Below are positions 1 through 7,515 of a DNA stretch of 39,151 nucleotides, in pieces; position 1 is the stretch's first letter, and the number at the start of each line of letters is the position of its first letter. Below the pieces are notes generated by a model, which was not told the origin of the DNA, searched no databases, and worked only from the letters and a program-made list of their open reading frames with translations. The translations under genes were made by a program, and so were the position numbers. The stretch comes from Bacteroidales bacterium. Lineage in GTDB: Bacteria; Bacteroidota; Bacteroidia; Bacteroidales; JAADGE01. Where the stretch lies: the NCBI GenBank assembly GCA_024762915.1, contig JANTGL010000002.1, positions 1-39,151 on the forward strand, in the 5' to 3' direction.

Positions 1-1
1 C

Positions 2-352
2 GAAGAAATTGACTATATCAATATTCACGGTACGGGCACGGCAAATAACGATTTATCGGAAGGCCGAGCCATGCTGAATGTTTTTGATAATAAAGTTCCG
101 AAATTCAGTTCTACAAAAGCCTATACAGGACACACTTTGGCTGCAGCCGGAAGTTTGGAAGCTGTTTTTTCCGTCTTATCATTACAAAATAAGATTATTT
201 TCCCGAATTTGCGTTTTCAAAATCCGATGAGCGAATTTCATTTAATTCCGGAAACGGAAGTCATAAAAAATACTGACATTAAACATATTATGTCTAATTC
301 TTTCGGTTTCGGCGGTAACGGAACGGTTTTAATAATTTCTGATATAAACTAG
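2..352 (+). CDS. beta-ketoacyl-ACP synthase (KS), C-terminal part; 5' end lies outside the window
   Basis: The frame is open from base 2 (EEIDYINIHGTGTANND...). KS C-terminal motifs are present: HGTGT, K..TGHTLAAAG and SFGFGGNG. It is followed 12 nt later by a KS-like partner. Confidence 0.8.
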   Translation, partial: EEIDYINIHGTGTANNDLSEGRAMLNVFDNKVPKFSSTKAYTGHTLAAAGSLEAVFSVLSLQNKIIFPNLRFQNPMSEFHLIPETEVIKNTDIKHIMSNSFGFGGNGTVLIISDIN

Positions 353-364
353 TACATAAAAAAA

Positions 365-1429
365 ATGGCATTCATTAACGGAGCAGCAAGTATTTCACCT
401 CAAAATTCATTAGATTTTAATGAGTTTATGAAAGATATGCTCGTTTATGAAGATGATTATTTAAAATCCGTAAAACCGAATTACAAAGATTTTATGAAGC
501 CGATTGAGGCAAGACGCATGAGCAAAACTGTTAAAAACGGTATTATTTGTTCTCAAATTGCCATGCAACAAGCCGAAGTTGCAATGCCGGATGCAATCAT
601 TTTCGGTACAGGTTTGGGCATTGTTTCCGATACCGAAAAATTTTTGGAGAAAATGCTGAATGACAAAGAACAATTTCTTACACCGACTTCATTTATTCAA
701 TCGACACATAACACAGTTGCAGGTCAAATTGCCGGCAGAATTAAATGTCATAATTATAACTTCACATACGTAAACCGAGGATTTTCATTCGAGTCTGCCC
801 TACTCGATGCAATAATGCAGTTAAAAGAAGGTAAAAAAAATATTTTAGTCGGCGGCGGTGATGAAATGACTGATCATTATTATCATATCATAAAAAAAAC
901 AGGGCTTTGGAAAAATAATACTTTTAAAAATACGGATTTGCTTAAACATAAAACTCCGGGTGCTTTATGCGGTGAAGCCGTTTCATTTTTTGTTGTTTCC
1001 GAAGAAAAAAATCAGGAGACTTTTGCCGAATTAAAAGACTTAAAAATGTTTTACAAACCGAAAGGTGTTTCGGACATTCAAAATACAATTACTGATTTTC
1101 TGAAACAAAATAATCTGCAAATTTCTGATATTGATTTAATTATAACCGGTCATTCCGGAAACAAAAAAGATGATAAAATATTTGATACCGTACTTTCCTC
1201 GGAATTTCCCGAAACTCCGTCTGCTTTTTACAAGCATTTATGCGGCGAGTTCCAAACAGCAAGTGCTTTTGCTTTGTGGTTAGGTGCTAATATTATCAAA
1301 TTTCAGGAATATCCGGATTTTATAAAACTTAATGACAAAACACCGAATAAATTGAATAATGTTTTAATTTACAATCATTATTTTAACATCAATCATTCGT
1401 TAATATTGTTGAAGAAAGTTGAAAGGTAA
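365..1429 (+). CDS. KS-like protein lacking the active-site Cys (chain-length-factor-like partner, aryl-polyene/flexirubin-type cluster)
   Basis: It has a thiolase-fold-like sequence (FGTGLG, STHNTVAGQIAG). The position of the usual (A/T)CSS nucleophile reads NRGFSFES, with no Cys. It is tightly linked to the upstream KS. Confidence 0.65.
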   Translation: MAFINGAASISPQNSLDFNEFMKDMLVYEDDYLKSVKPNYKDFMKPIEARRMSKTVKNGIICSQIAMQQAEVAMPDAIIFGTGLGIVSDTEKFLEKMLNDKEQFLTPTSFIQSTHNTVAGQIAGRIKCHNYNFTYVNRGFSFESALLDAIMQLKEGKKNILVGGGDEMTDHYYHIIKKTGLWKNNTFKNTDLLKHKTPGALCGEAVSFFVVSEEKNQETFAELKDLKMFYKPKGVSDIQNTITDFLKQNNLQISDIDLIITGHSGNKKDDKIFDTVLSSEFPETPSAFYKHLCGEFQTASAFALWLGANIIKFQEYPDFIKLNDKTPNKLNNVLIYNHYFNINHSLILLKKVER

Positions 1430-1468
1430 ATGGAATAAGTTATGAATTTTTTTTATTGGCTTTTCAGT

Positions 1469-1531
1469 TAAAAGATTGAATGAGATTAATAAAAGATTGA
1501 ATGAGATTAATAAAAGATTGAATGAGATTGA
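1469..1531. repeat. tandem repeat, 21-bp unit taaaagattgaatgagattaa x3 (third copy has 1 mismatch)
   Basis: Read directly: copies at 1469-1489, 1490-1510 and 1511-1531. The unit equals 3 heptamers. Confidence 0.95.
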
Positions 1532-1545
1532 AATTTGAAACTAAA

Positions 1546-1579
1546 AAATCATAATAATCAGCGAAAATCTGCGTCCGAA
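1546..1579 (+). repeat. dispersed junction repeat, copy A (aaatcataataatcagcgaaaatctgcgtccgaa)
   Basis: One of 5 related copies within 1.5-5.05 kb. It ends 2 nt before the deacetylase ATG. Confidence 0.85.
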
Positions 1580-1581
1580 CT

Positions 1582-2304
1582 ATGCTTAACTTCAAAAAAA
1601 CAAATATTATTTTCATATTCATCTTTCTCTCAATGATATTGATTGAAGTTTATTTACCATTTTCACAACTTTGGTATTTATTGCCTTTATTTATTTATTT
1701 ATCAATACTTTTCTTTGGTTCAAAAAATATTTGCTCACAGTTTTATGCAAAAGTAAAATGCACATCAGAAGACAAAAGTAAACTACACTTAACATTTGAT
1801 GACGGTCCGCATCCCGAAACAACTCCCGAAATATTAAAAATTCTTAAAAAATACAATCAAAAAGCAACTTTCTTTTGCATCGGTAAAAACATTGAACATT
1901 ATCCCGAAATTGCAAAAAAAATTATAAATGAAGGACATACAATCGGCAATCATTCGTTTTCGCATTCCTATTATTTTGATTTTTTCGGAACATCAAAAGT
2001 GATTACCGAACTTGATAAAACAAATCAATTAATAAAAGAACTGACCGGTAAAGATTGTCAAATTTTTCGTCCGCCATACGGTGTTACCAATCCGAATATT
2101 GCAAAAGCCGTAAAATTCTTAAATTTGCAGGTTGTCGGATGGAGCATTCGTTCATTGGATACGATAAAAGACAAAAAAACAGTTTTAAAAAGATTGCAAA
2201 AAGCTAAAGCCGGTGATATTATTTTGTTTCATGATACAAAAGAAGAAACACCTGAAATTTTAGATGAATTTTTGCGTTTATATGATGACGCAGATTTTCG
2301 CTGA
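1582..2304 (+). CDS. polysaccharide deacetylase (CE4 / NodB-homology domain), N-terminal membrane anchor
   Basis: The NodB motifs are present: TFDDGP, HTIGNHSFSH and RPPYG. The N-terminus is hydrophobic. The last codons (DADFR*) are encoded by repeat copy B. Confidence 0.85.
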   Translation: MLNFKKTNIIFIFIFLSMILIEVYLPFSQLWYLLPLFIYLSILFFGSKNICSQFYAKVKCTSEDKSKLHLTFDDGPHPETTPEILKILKKYNQKATFFCIGKNIEHYPEIAKKIINEGHTIGNHSFSHSYYFDFFGTSKVITELDKTNQLIKELTGKDCQIFRPPYGVTNPNIAKAVKFLNLQVVGWSIRSLDTIKDKKTVLKRLQKAKAGDIILFHDTKEETPEILDEFLRLYDDADFR

Positions 2305-2317
2305 TTTTTTATGATTT
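2287..2317 (-). repeat. dispersed junction repeat, copy B (reverse orientation)
   Basis: The reverse complement aaatcataaaaaatcagcgaaaatctgcgtc is near-identical to copy A. It contains the deacetylase stop codon (2302-2304). Confidence 0.85.
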
Positions 2318-2321
2318 AAAA

Positions 2322-2717
2322 ATGGATAATAATTTCAAACATTCCGATTTAACAAAAAAGATTATTAAAGCATTCTACAATGTTTATAATGAATTAGGAT
2401 ATGGTTTTTTAGAAAAAGTATATGAAAAAGCAATGATGCTTGAGCTGAAAGAAATTGGTTTAAATTGTAAAAGGCAGCAAGCAATAGAAGTAAAATACAA
2501 AAATCAAAACATAGGAGATTATTATGCCGATATTACTGTAAACAACCATGTTATAATCGAACTTAAAGCCGTAAAAAATATTATTAAAGAACACGAAATT
2601 CAACTTGTCCATTATTTAAAAGCAACAGATATTGAAGTGGGTTTGCTTTTAAATTTCGGACCCGAACCGCAAATTGTAAGAAGAGTACTGACAAAAGAAT
2701 ACAAAAATAAATCATAA
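2322..2717 (+). CDS. GxxExxY protein (PD-(D/E)xK nuclease-superfamily small protein)
   Basis: 131 aa. The namesake motif GYGFLEKVYE lies near the N-terminus, followed by D..(I)ELK. The size and layout are typical of the GxxExxY family. Confidence 0.8.
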   Translation: MDNNFKHSDLTKKIIKAFYNVYNELGYGFLEKVYEKAMMLELKEIGLNCKRQQAIEVKYKNQNIGDYYADITVNNHVIIELKAVKNIIKEHEIQLVHYLKATDIEVGLLLNFGPEPQIVRRVLTKEYKNKS

Positions 2718-2729
2718 TAAATCAGCGTC
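2709..2729 (+). repeat. dispersed junction repeat, copy C (short form aaatcataataaatcagcgtc)
   Basis: It shares the aaatcataataaatcagcg core and contains the GxxExxY stop codon (2715-2717). Confidence 0.7.
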
Positions 2730-2736
2730 AAAAGAA

Positions 2737-3369
2737 ATGAAAACAATAACAACCTTATTAATTCTGACAATAAGCACAACATCATTTGCTCAAAACAGTA
2801 ATTTTAAAAAAGTCACTAATCCCGCTGCTGTTATTCAAAAATTGAATACCACTTCAAAAAACACAAAAACCATTGACAGCGATTTTAAGCAATTCAAACA
2901 TTTGGATATTTTGGAAAATGATATTGAAAGTACCGGTCATTTCAGTTTCCGGGCAACAGATAAAGTGCGTTGGGAATATATGCAACCCTATAAATATCTG
3001 ATTGTTATGAACGGGACCAATATGTGGATTAACGACGGCAGCAAAACCAAAAAATACGATACCAAATCCAATCAAATGTTTAAAGAAATTAACGATTTGA
3101 TGGTGGGAATGTTGCAGGGAAAAATTTTGAAAAGTGCTGAGTTTACCGTTGACTTCTTTGAAAATAAGAACCAAATACTTGCAAAATTAAAGCCCAAATC
3201 CGGTGAAATGCAAGAATTTTTGAGCGAAATGCAACTATTTTTTAACAAAAAAGATTACACGGTTGAAAAAATTAAAATGCTTGAAACTTCCGGTGATTAT
3301 ACATTAATCAAATTTTATAATCGAAAAATGAATGTTGAAATACCGAATTCGAAGTTTATTGTGAAATAA
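2737..3369 (+). CDS. LolA-like outer-membrane lipoprotein carrier family protein
   Basis: It has a signal peptide (LILTISTTSFAQ) and is ~210 aa. The LolA-type pattern F.Q.K......S.G.F.F.....RWEY..P..IV.NG...W is present. This family is a usual component of aryl-polyene clusters. Confidence 0.7.
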   Translation: MKTITTLLILTISTTSFAQNSNFKKVTNPAAVIQKLNTTSKNTKTIDSDFKQFKHLDILENDIESTGHFSFRATDKVRWEYMQPYKYLIVMNGTNMWINDGSKTKKYDTKSNQMFKEINDLMVGMLQGKILKSAEFTVDFFENKNQILAKLKPKSGEMQEFLSEMQLFFNKKDYTVEKIKMLETSGDYTLIKFYNRKMNVEIPNSKFIVK

Positions 3370-3408
3370 TAAATTGAAAGTTAAAAGGGAAAATGGAATA
3401 AAATTAAA

Positions 3409-3479
3409 CCCTGCACCTTTAAGGTTTTTACGATTAAAAAAAATCATAATAAATCTGCGTCTGTAAATATGCGTCCGAA
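3409..3479 (+). repeat. dispersed junction repeat, copy D (long form with ccctgcacctttaagg flank)
   Basis: The flank is at 3409-3424. The core aaatcataataaatctgcgtctgtaaatatgcgtccgaa is at 3441-3479. Confidence 0.8.
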
Positions 3480-3480
3480 A

Positions 3481-4080
3481 ATGAAAAAATCTATTGTCAT
3501 AATTCTTGTGCTGTTTCTGCAATCATGTGTCATTAGTAAATTTGAGAATTCAAACAATTCTTTTAACTATAAAAAAGTTTTTTCCGAAACCGGCAAATCA
3601 TATGTTTACAGAACACGAATTCATCTTTACGATAAAGATTTCTCGGGATTAATTGTAATAAAATCGCAAAAAAACGGTCATCGAATTGTTTTTCTTAATG
3701 AAATCGGTATGAAATTTTTTGATATTGAATTACTTTCAAAATCTTATAAAATCCATCAAATTTTTGAACCGATGAATAAAAAGATGCTTATTAAGTTGTT
3801 GGTCAGTGATTTTAATTTTATTTTAATGACTGATTTAAAAGGTGATACTATATTCCTGAAAGAAAAAAGATCTGAAGAATATGCTCTTAAAGCAAAAAAA
3901 GTTAAAAATATTTATTACTTTGACAAAAATACCTTACTTCCGAAAAAAGCATTCAAATATTCATTATTGAGAAAAACAACATTTTTAAAGTACGAAAAGT
4001 ATAAAAGCGGAATTCCGCAAAAAATCAGTATCAAACATAAAAATATTAAATTTGCAATGGAATTAAGTTTTATTAAATAA
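3481..4080 (+). CDS. hypothetical lipoprotein (possibly the aryl-polyene-cluster lipoprotein)
   Basis: MKKSIVIILVLFLQSC is a clean lipobox signal. The ORF-track start at 3469 lies inside repeat copy D, so I prefer the ATG at 3481. There are no recognisable catalytic motifs. Confidence 0.55.
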   Translation: MKKSIVIILVLFLQSCVISKFENSNNSFNYKKVFSETGKSYVYRTRIHLYDKDFSGLIVIKSQKNGHRIVFLNEIGMKFFDIELLSKSYKIHQIFEPMNKKMLIKLLVSDFNFILMTDLKGDTIFLKEKRSEEYALKAKKVKNIYYFDKNTLLPKKAFKYSLLRKTTFLKYEKYKSGIPQKISIKHKNIKFAMELSFIK

Positions 4081-4088
4081 GAATTTCT

Positions 4089-4096
4089 TAATTTTG
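4089..4096 (+). promoter_or_regulatory. candidate Bacteroidota -7 box TAatTTTG for the TA pair
   Basis: It matches TAnnTTTG and lies 16 nt upstream of the ATG at 4113. Confidence 0.35.
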
Positions 4097-4112
4097 TAAT
4101 AAAAGGAAGAAA

Positions 4113-4331
4113 ATGGAAACAGCCGAATTAAAATTAAAATTATTCAGATATATTGACAGCTTAGATGACAATCATTTAACATATGTTTATAATTTACTGA
4201 TTGACAAGGCAGACATTAATGATTTTTGGAATAATTTAACAGAATTTCAGAAAAAAGACATCGAAAAAGGATTGAATGATTTAAACGAAGGCAAAAGAAA
4301 AAATATTGAAGAAATTTTGAAAAAATATTAA
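4113..4331 (+). CDS. putative antitoxin (small helical addiction-module component)
   Basis: 72 aa and acidic. Its stop overlaps the start of the downstream ParE-like gene (TAATG). Confidence 0.55.
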   Translation: METAELKLKLFRYIDSLDDNHLTYVYNLLIDKADINDFWNNLTEFQKKDIEKGLNDLNEGKRKNIEEILKKY

Positions 4332-4630
4332 TGCAGTATCAAATATATATTTCTGAAACGGCTGAAAGAAATTTAGAATACATCTTCTTATATCTACAAA
4401 AAGAATGGTCTGAAAAAGTAAAAAATAATTTTAAATCTCAATTTTTAAATTATTTAGAACTGATTAAAAAAAATCCTTTTATTTTTCCTTCATCAAATAT
4501 AAAAAAAGAAATCAGAAGATGCATTATCACTAAACATAATGCTCTGTATTACAGAGTTTCAAATAATGTTATTGAAATAATCACAATACAGGATACAAGA
4601 CAAAACCCAGATAATTTCAAGCTAAAATAA
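4331..4630 (+). CDS. type II toxin, RelE/ParE family
   Basis: 99 aa. The N-terminal I.IS..A..(D/N)LE.I..Y pattern and the C-terminal YR(V)....I.I..I...R are typical of Bacteroidota ParE-like toxins. There is a 1-nt overlap with the upstream small ORF. Confidence 0.7.
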   Translation: MQYQIYISETAERNLEYIFLYLQKEWSEKVKNNFKSQFLNYLELIKKNPFIFPSSNIKKEIRRCIITKHNALYYRVSNNVIEIITIQDTRQNPDNFKLK

Positions 4631-4634
4631 ATCG

Positions 4635-5024
4635 ATGCTTCTGAACAATTTTTACAAAATACAATCTGTAAGTTCACAATCTGAGAATGAGATTATTGCA
4701 ACAATAATTTTAAATCCCGAACATGAAATTTACAAAGGACATTTTCCGAATAATCCTGTTGTACCCGGTGTTGTAAGCGTTCAAATAATAAATGAAATTT
4801 TATCAAAGCATCTCGTAAAAAAATTAATGACTTCAAGTGCAAAAAGCATCAAATTTCCGGCAATGATAAATCCGAATGTTAACCCGCAACTTTTCGTAAA
4901 AATAAACTACACCGAAAACGAAGACAAAAGCTGTAAAGTTACGGCACAAATCTTTTTTGAAGATATTATCTTTTTAAAATTCAGCGGAAGTTTTCTGTTT
5001 TCTTCAGACGCAGATTTACGATGA
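4635..5024 (+). CDS. FabZ/FabA-like hotdog-fold 3-hydroxyacyl-ACP dehydratase
   Basis: The motif GHFPNNPVVPGV corresponds to the FabZ catalytic His region. It is ~130 aa. The C-terminus (DADLR*) is encoded by repeat copy E. Confidence 0.75.
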   Translation: MLLNNFYKIQSVSSQSENEIIATIILNPEHEIYKGHFPNNPVVPGVVSVQIINEILSKHLVKKLMTSSAKSIKFPAMINPNVNPQLFVKINYTENEDKSCKVTAQIFFEDIIFLKFSGSFLFSSDADLR

Positions 5025-5043
5025 TTTCTTTTAAGGGTGCAGG
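5007..5043 (-). repeat. dispersed junction repeat, copy E (reverse orientation, with cctgcacccttaaaag flank)
   Basis: The reverse complement is cctgcacccttaaaagaaatcatcgtaaatctgcgtc. It contains the dehydratase stop codon (5022-5024). Confidence 0.75.
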
Positions 5044-5142
5044 ATACAGGGTGCAAGGTGCAGGATACAGGGTGCATGATACAAGTTTCAACTTCATACA
5101 TTTTTTAACTTTAAACTTTTAACTTTAATCTATTAACTTTAA
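5038..5142. repeat. in-phase heptanucleotide array, 15 units (tgcagga tacaggg tgcaagg ... actttaa actttta actttaa)
   Basis: Parsed by hand. A 21-bp unit ggtgcaggatacagggtgcaa is present twice. The actttaa-type units at 5108, 5115, 5122 and 5136 are in register with the first block. Confidence 0.85.
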
Positions 5143-5783
5143 TCTTTTCCCTGTTCAATATTCAAACCCAAAGTCCCCATAAATTGTTTTAATTTGCTTT
5201 CACGCTTTTCAATAGAAATGAAATTTTTCTTAAAAGCCTTTGAAGGATCAATTACGGGTGATTTCAAATTCATAAATGTATCAACTTCTTTAAAAATTAT
5301 CGGTAATACACGAATATTCAAATCGTTATCAAGTTTAAATTTTCGCATCATAAAATTTTGAAACGGGTCGGTTGCCAAAGCAATCTTTTTAAAACCTTGT
5401 TTTCCGGCAAGTTTATAGGAATACCAAAGATTTTCCGTACTGTGTTCGGCAAGGGTATCCGTATAAATAATACTTCCGGGAATACCCAATTTTTCGGCAT
5501 ACAATTTCATAATAACGGCCTCATAATATGGAGAATAAACCGCAGCTCCCGAGTAAATAATATTCTTTGTAATTCCTCTTTGATACAGCAAATACGACCA
5601 ATACACACGCATTTTCATCACATCGTTCCATTCGTTTCCGTTGAAGGGCACACCGGGAACAATAATCGCATCATAGGGAGCATGTTTTGAGGATAATTTA
5701 TAGGCAAATTTTGAACATGAAGATAAACTAATGAATATCAATAATGTAAAAGTCAGCAACTTATTGTATCTCTTTACTATCAT
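5139..5783 (-). CDS. YdcF/SanA-type DUF218 domain protein, lipoprotein signal
   Basis: The DUF218 core is present (DAIIVPG ... SGAAVYSPYYEA ... LAEHSTEN), and the N-terminus reads LSSC. Confidence 0.7.
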   Translation of the reverse strand: MIVKRYNKLLTFTLLIFISLSSCSKFAYKLSSKHAPYDAIIVPGVPFNGNEWNDVMKMRVYWSYLLYQRGITKNIIYSGAAVYSPYYEAVIMKLYAEKLGIPGSIIYTDTLAEHSTENLWYSYKLAGKQGFKKIALATDPFQNFMMRKFKLDNDLNIRVLPIIFKEVDTFMNLKSPVIDPSKAFKKNFISIEKRESKLKQFMGTLGLNIEQGKD

Positions 5784-7510
5784 TCCGAATTTTTATCTGA
5801 TATTTCTTTTAATCGTTCTTCAATATTTTCCTTTTCCGGTAAGGTCGTAAGTTCCTTTGTTAATGCAAGTTCATAATAATGCTTTGCATCTTCCGGATTT
5901 TCTTTTGCAAAATAATAATCACCGACCAGCTGATACGTATAAAAGTATTCCGGATTTGATATTATAAAACGCTGTATTTCTGCGTCTTTTATAACAACAG
6001 AGGTATCTTTTACGGCTGCTTTAAAAACATCTTTTTGTTTTTGAAAATACTTAAAATTCTCATAATCTTGTGAATACAAAAAACTGTCCTGCGGAACAGT
6101 TAAGTCGGCAATATACAATTCTTTATTCTCGGTCATAGCCGGAAAAACAGAAAAAACACTGTCCAAATCATAGCAAACATATTTTCCGAGTTGGTAGGGA
6201 TTGGTTGAAATCCAAAATTTTAATTCATCGGGTTTAAAAATAATTGAATGATGTGAAATCAACTGGCAAATATTTTTCTCATTTCCCATACCGATATTTG
6301 CATCATGCAAACCTCTTTTATTTCTGAGAATTTCGGCTGCATCTCGATATCCGATTGTGTCATAGTTTCCGATTAATTCCCACATTCTCTTAAAGCGATA
6401 CATCGAAGAACTTTCCTTAATATTTTCAAGGTTTAAGTCCGTATTTTTAAACTTATCGGATTGAAAATGATTGGGACCTATAACAATATCACTTTTCGGA
6501 TAAAACAAAGCACAATCCTTTGGTGTTTTCTCAATGATTGCCGTTGCATCGTCTTTTGCTGAACCAATCATAATCGCTTCCGACACAAACGATTTACGTT
6601 TTTTGGCTATTTCAAAAGCTTCGTTAATATTTCCGGCATATTGCAATATTTCTCTGGCAATTAATGAAATGGGATCTGCCGATGAAAACGGAATTTCAGA
6701 TTTTGCGGCATTCAATGTTACCGTTAGCCCTTGATCGTTCATTCCGGAAACGGTACCGACAAAACCGCCCCAAGTGATTTCAACAAATTTATGTCCTTTA
6801 TTCGGATTGTAAAACGTTACAATTTTATCTTCGGCAAATTTATCACCGACATAAAAATCAAAATTTCTTCCGATTATCAAATGCCCGTCAGCCGATTTGG
6901 AATGATTGCACGAAAAAGAGGTGCATCCGACCTTTGCAACATTCTGAACAGCATGCCCGATGTCGTGTGCCGCATGATAATTCAATATTCGTTCATAATT
7001 ATCACCGATATATAAATAGTCTTTTGATGCCGATTCTGAAACGCCGTAAATTTCTTCCAAATATTCTTTCGGAACATATTCATCCATATTACGATTAAAC
7101 CAAGCCGTCATATATTTCATAAAATTAAGCAATCTTTGCGAAGGGATCATCTTTTTAATTTCTTCAACAAAGGCATCTTCTTGTTTTTTACCGAGTTCTG
7201 CCGTTAATTTTCCGTTGTAAACACCTCTTTCAAAGGCACTTCCCTCAACATATAATTCATAAAGACCACTTTCGCTTTTTCGCAAACGGTTATTTTTTAT
7301 GCCGTAAAAGTTCTTACCCAAAACTTCTCTTTTTTCCTTTAAAGAAGACTTGTAAGCAACTTTCGGCGGCGGCATTTTTATGGCTTGAAAAAAGTAAATT
7401 GTAAAGCCGAATACAAAAATCAGCAAACTCAAAAAAAAGTATTTTAAGAACTTTTTAAAAGTAAATCGTTTATTTTTAGATTTTTCGGATTTCATTTTAT
7501 TTATTTGCAT
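5780..7510 (-). CDS. C45-family Ntn hydrolase (acyl-CoA:6-aminopenicillanic acid acyltransferase-like), membrane-anchored, TPR-like tail
   Basis: An N-terminal TM helix is present. GCTSFS matches the C45 nucleophile context. The C-terminal GDYYFAKENPEDAKHYYELAL is TPR-like. There is a 4-nt overlap with the YdcF-like gene. Confidence 0.65.
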   Translation of the reverse strand: MQINKMKSEKSKNKRFTFKKFLKYFFLSLLIFVFGFTIYFFQAIKMPPPKVAYKSSLKEKREVLGKNFYGIKNNRLRKSESGLYELYVEGSAFERGVYNGKLTAELGKKQEDAFVEEIKKMIPSQRLLNFMKYMTAWFNRNMDEYVPKEYLEEIYGVSESASKDYLYIGDNYERILNYHAAHDIGHAVQNVAKVGCTSFSCNHSKSADGHLIIGRNFDFYVGDKFAEDKIVTFYNPNKGHKFVEITWGGFVGTVSGMNDQGLTVTLNAAKSEIPFSSADPISLIAREILQYAGNINEAFEIAKKRKSFVSEAIMIGSAKDDATAIIEKTPKDCALFYPKSDIVIGPNHFQSDKFKNTDLNLENIKESSSMYRFKRMWELIGNYDTIGYRDAAEILRNKRGLHDANIGMGNEKNICQLISHHSIIFKPDELKFWISTNPYQLGKYVCYDLDSVFSVFPAMTENKELYIADLTVPQDSFLYSQDYENFKYFQKQKDVFKAAVKDTSVVIKDAEIQRFIISNPEYFYTYQLVGDYYFAKENPEDAKHYYELALTKELTTLPEKENIEERLKEISDKNSE

Positions 7511-7515
7511 TCCTA

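Noticed and set aside
3469-3480. The ORF-track start MRPKMKK... for the lipoprotein.
   Set aside because: The first four codons lie within junction-repeat copy D. The ATG at 3481 gives a canonical lipoprotein signal (MKKSIVIILVLFLQSC).
4907-5101. The 64-aa minus-strand ORF (MYEVETCIMHPVSCTLHPVSCTLKRNH...).
   Set aside because: Its translation simply reads through the heptamer/21-bp tandem array, hence the repeated HPVSCTL, and it overlaps the dehydratase 3' end. It is a repeat artefact.
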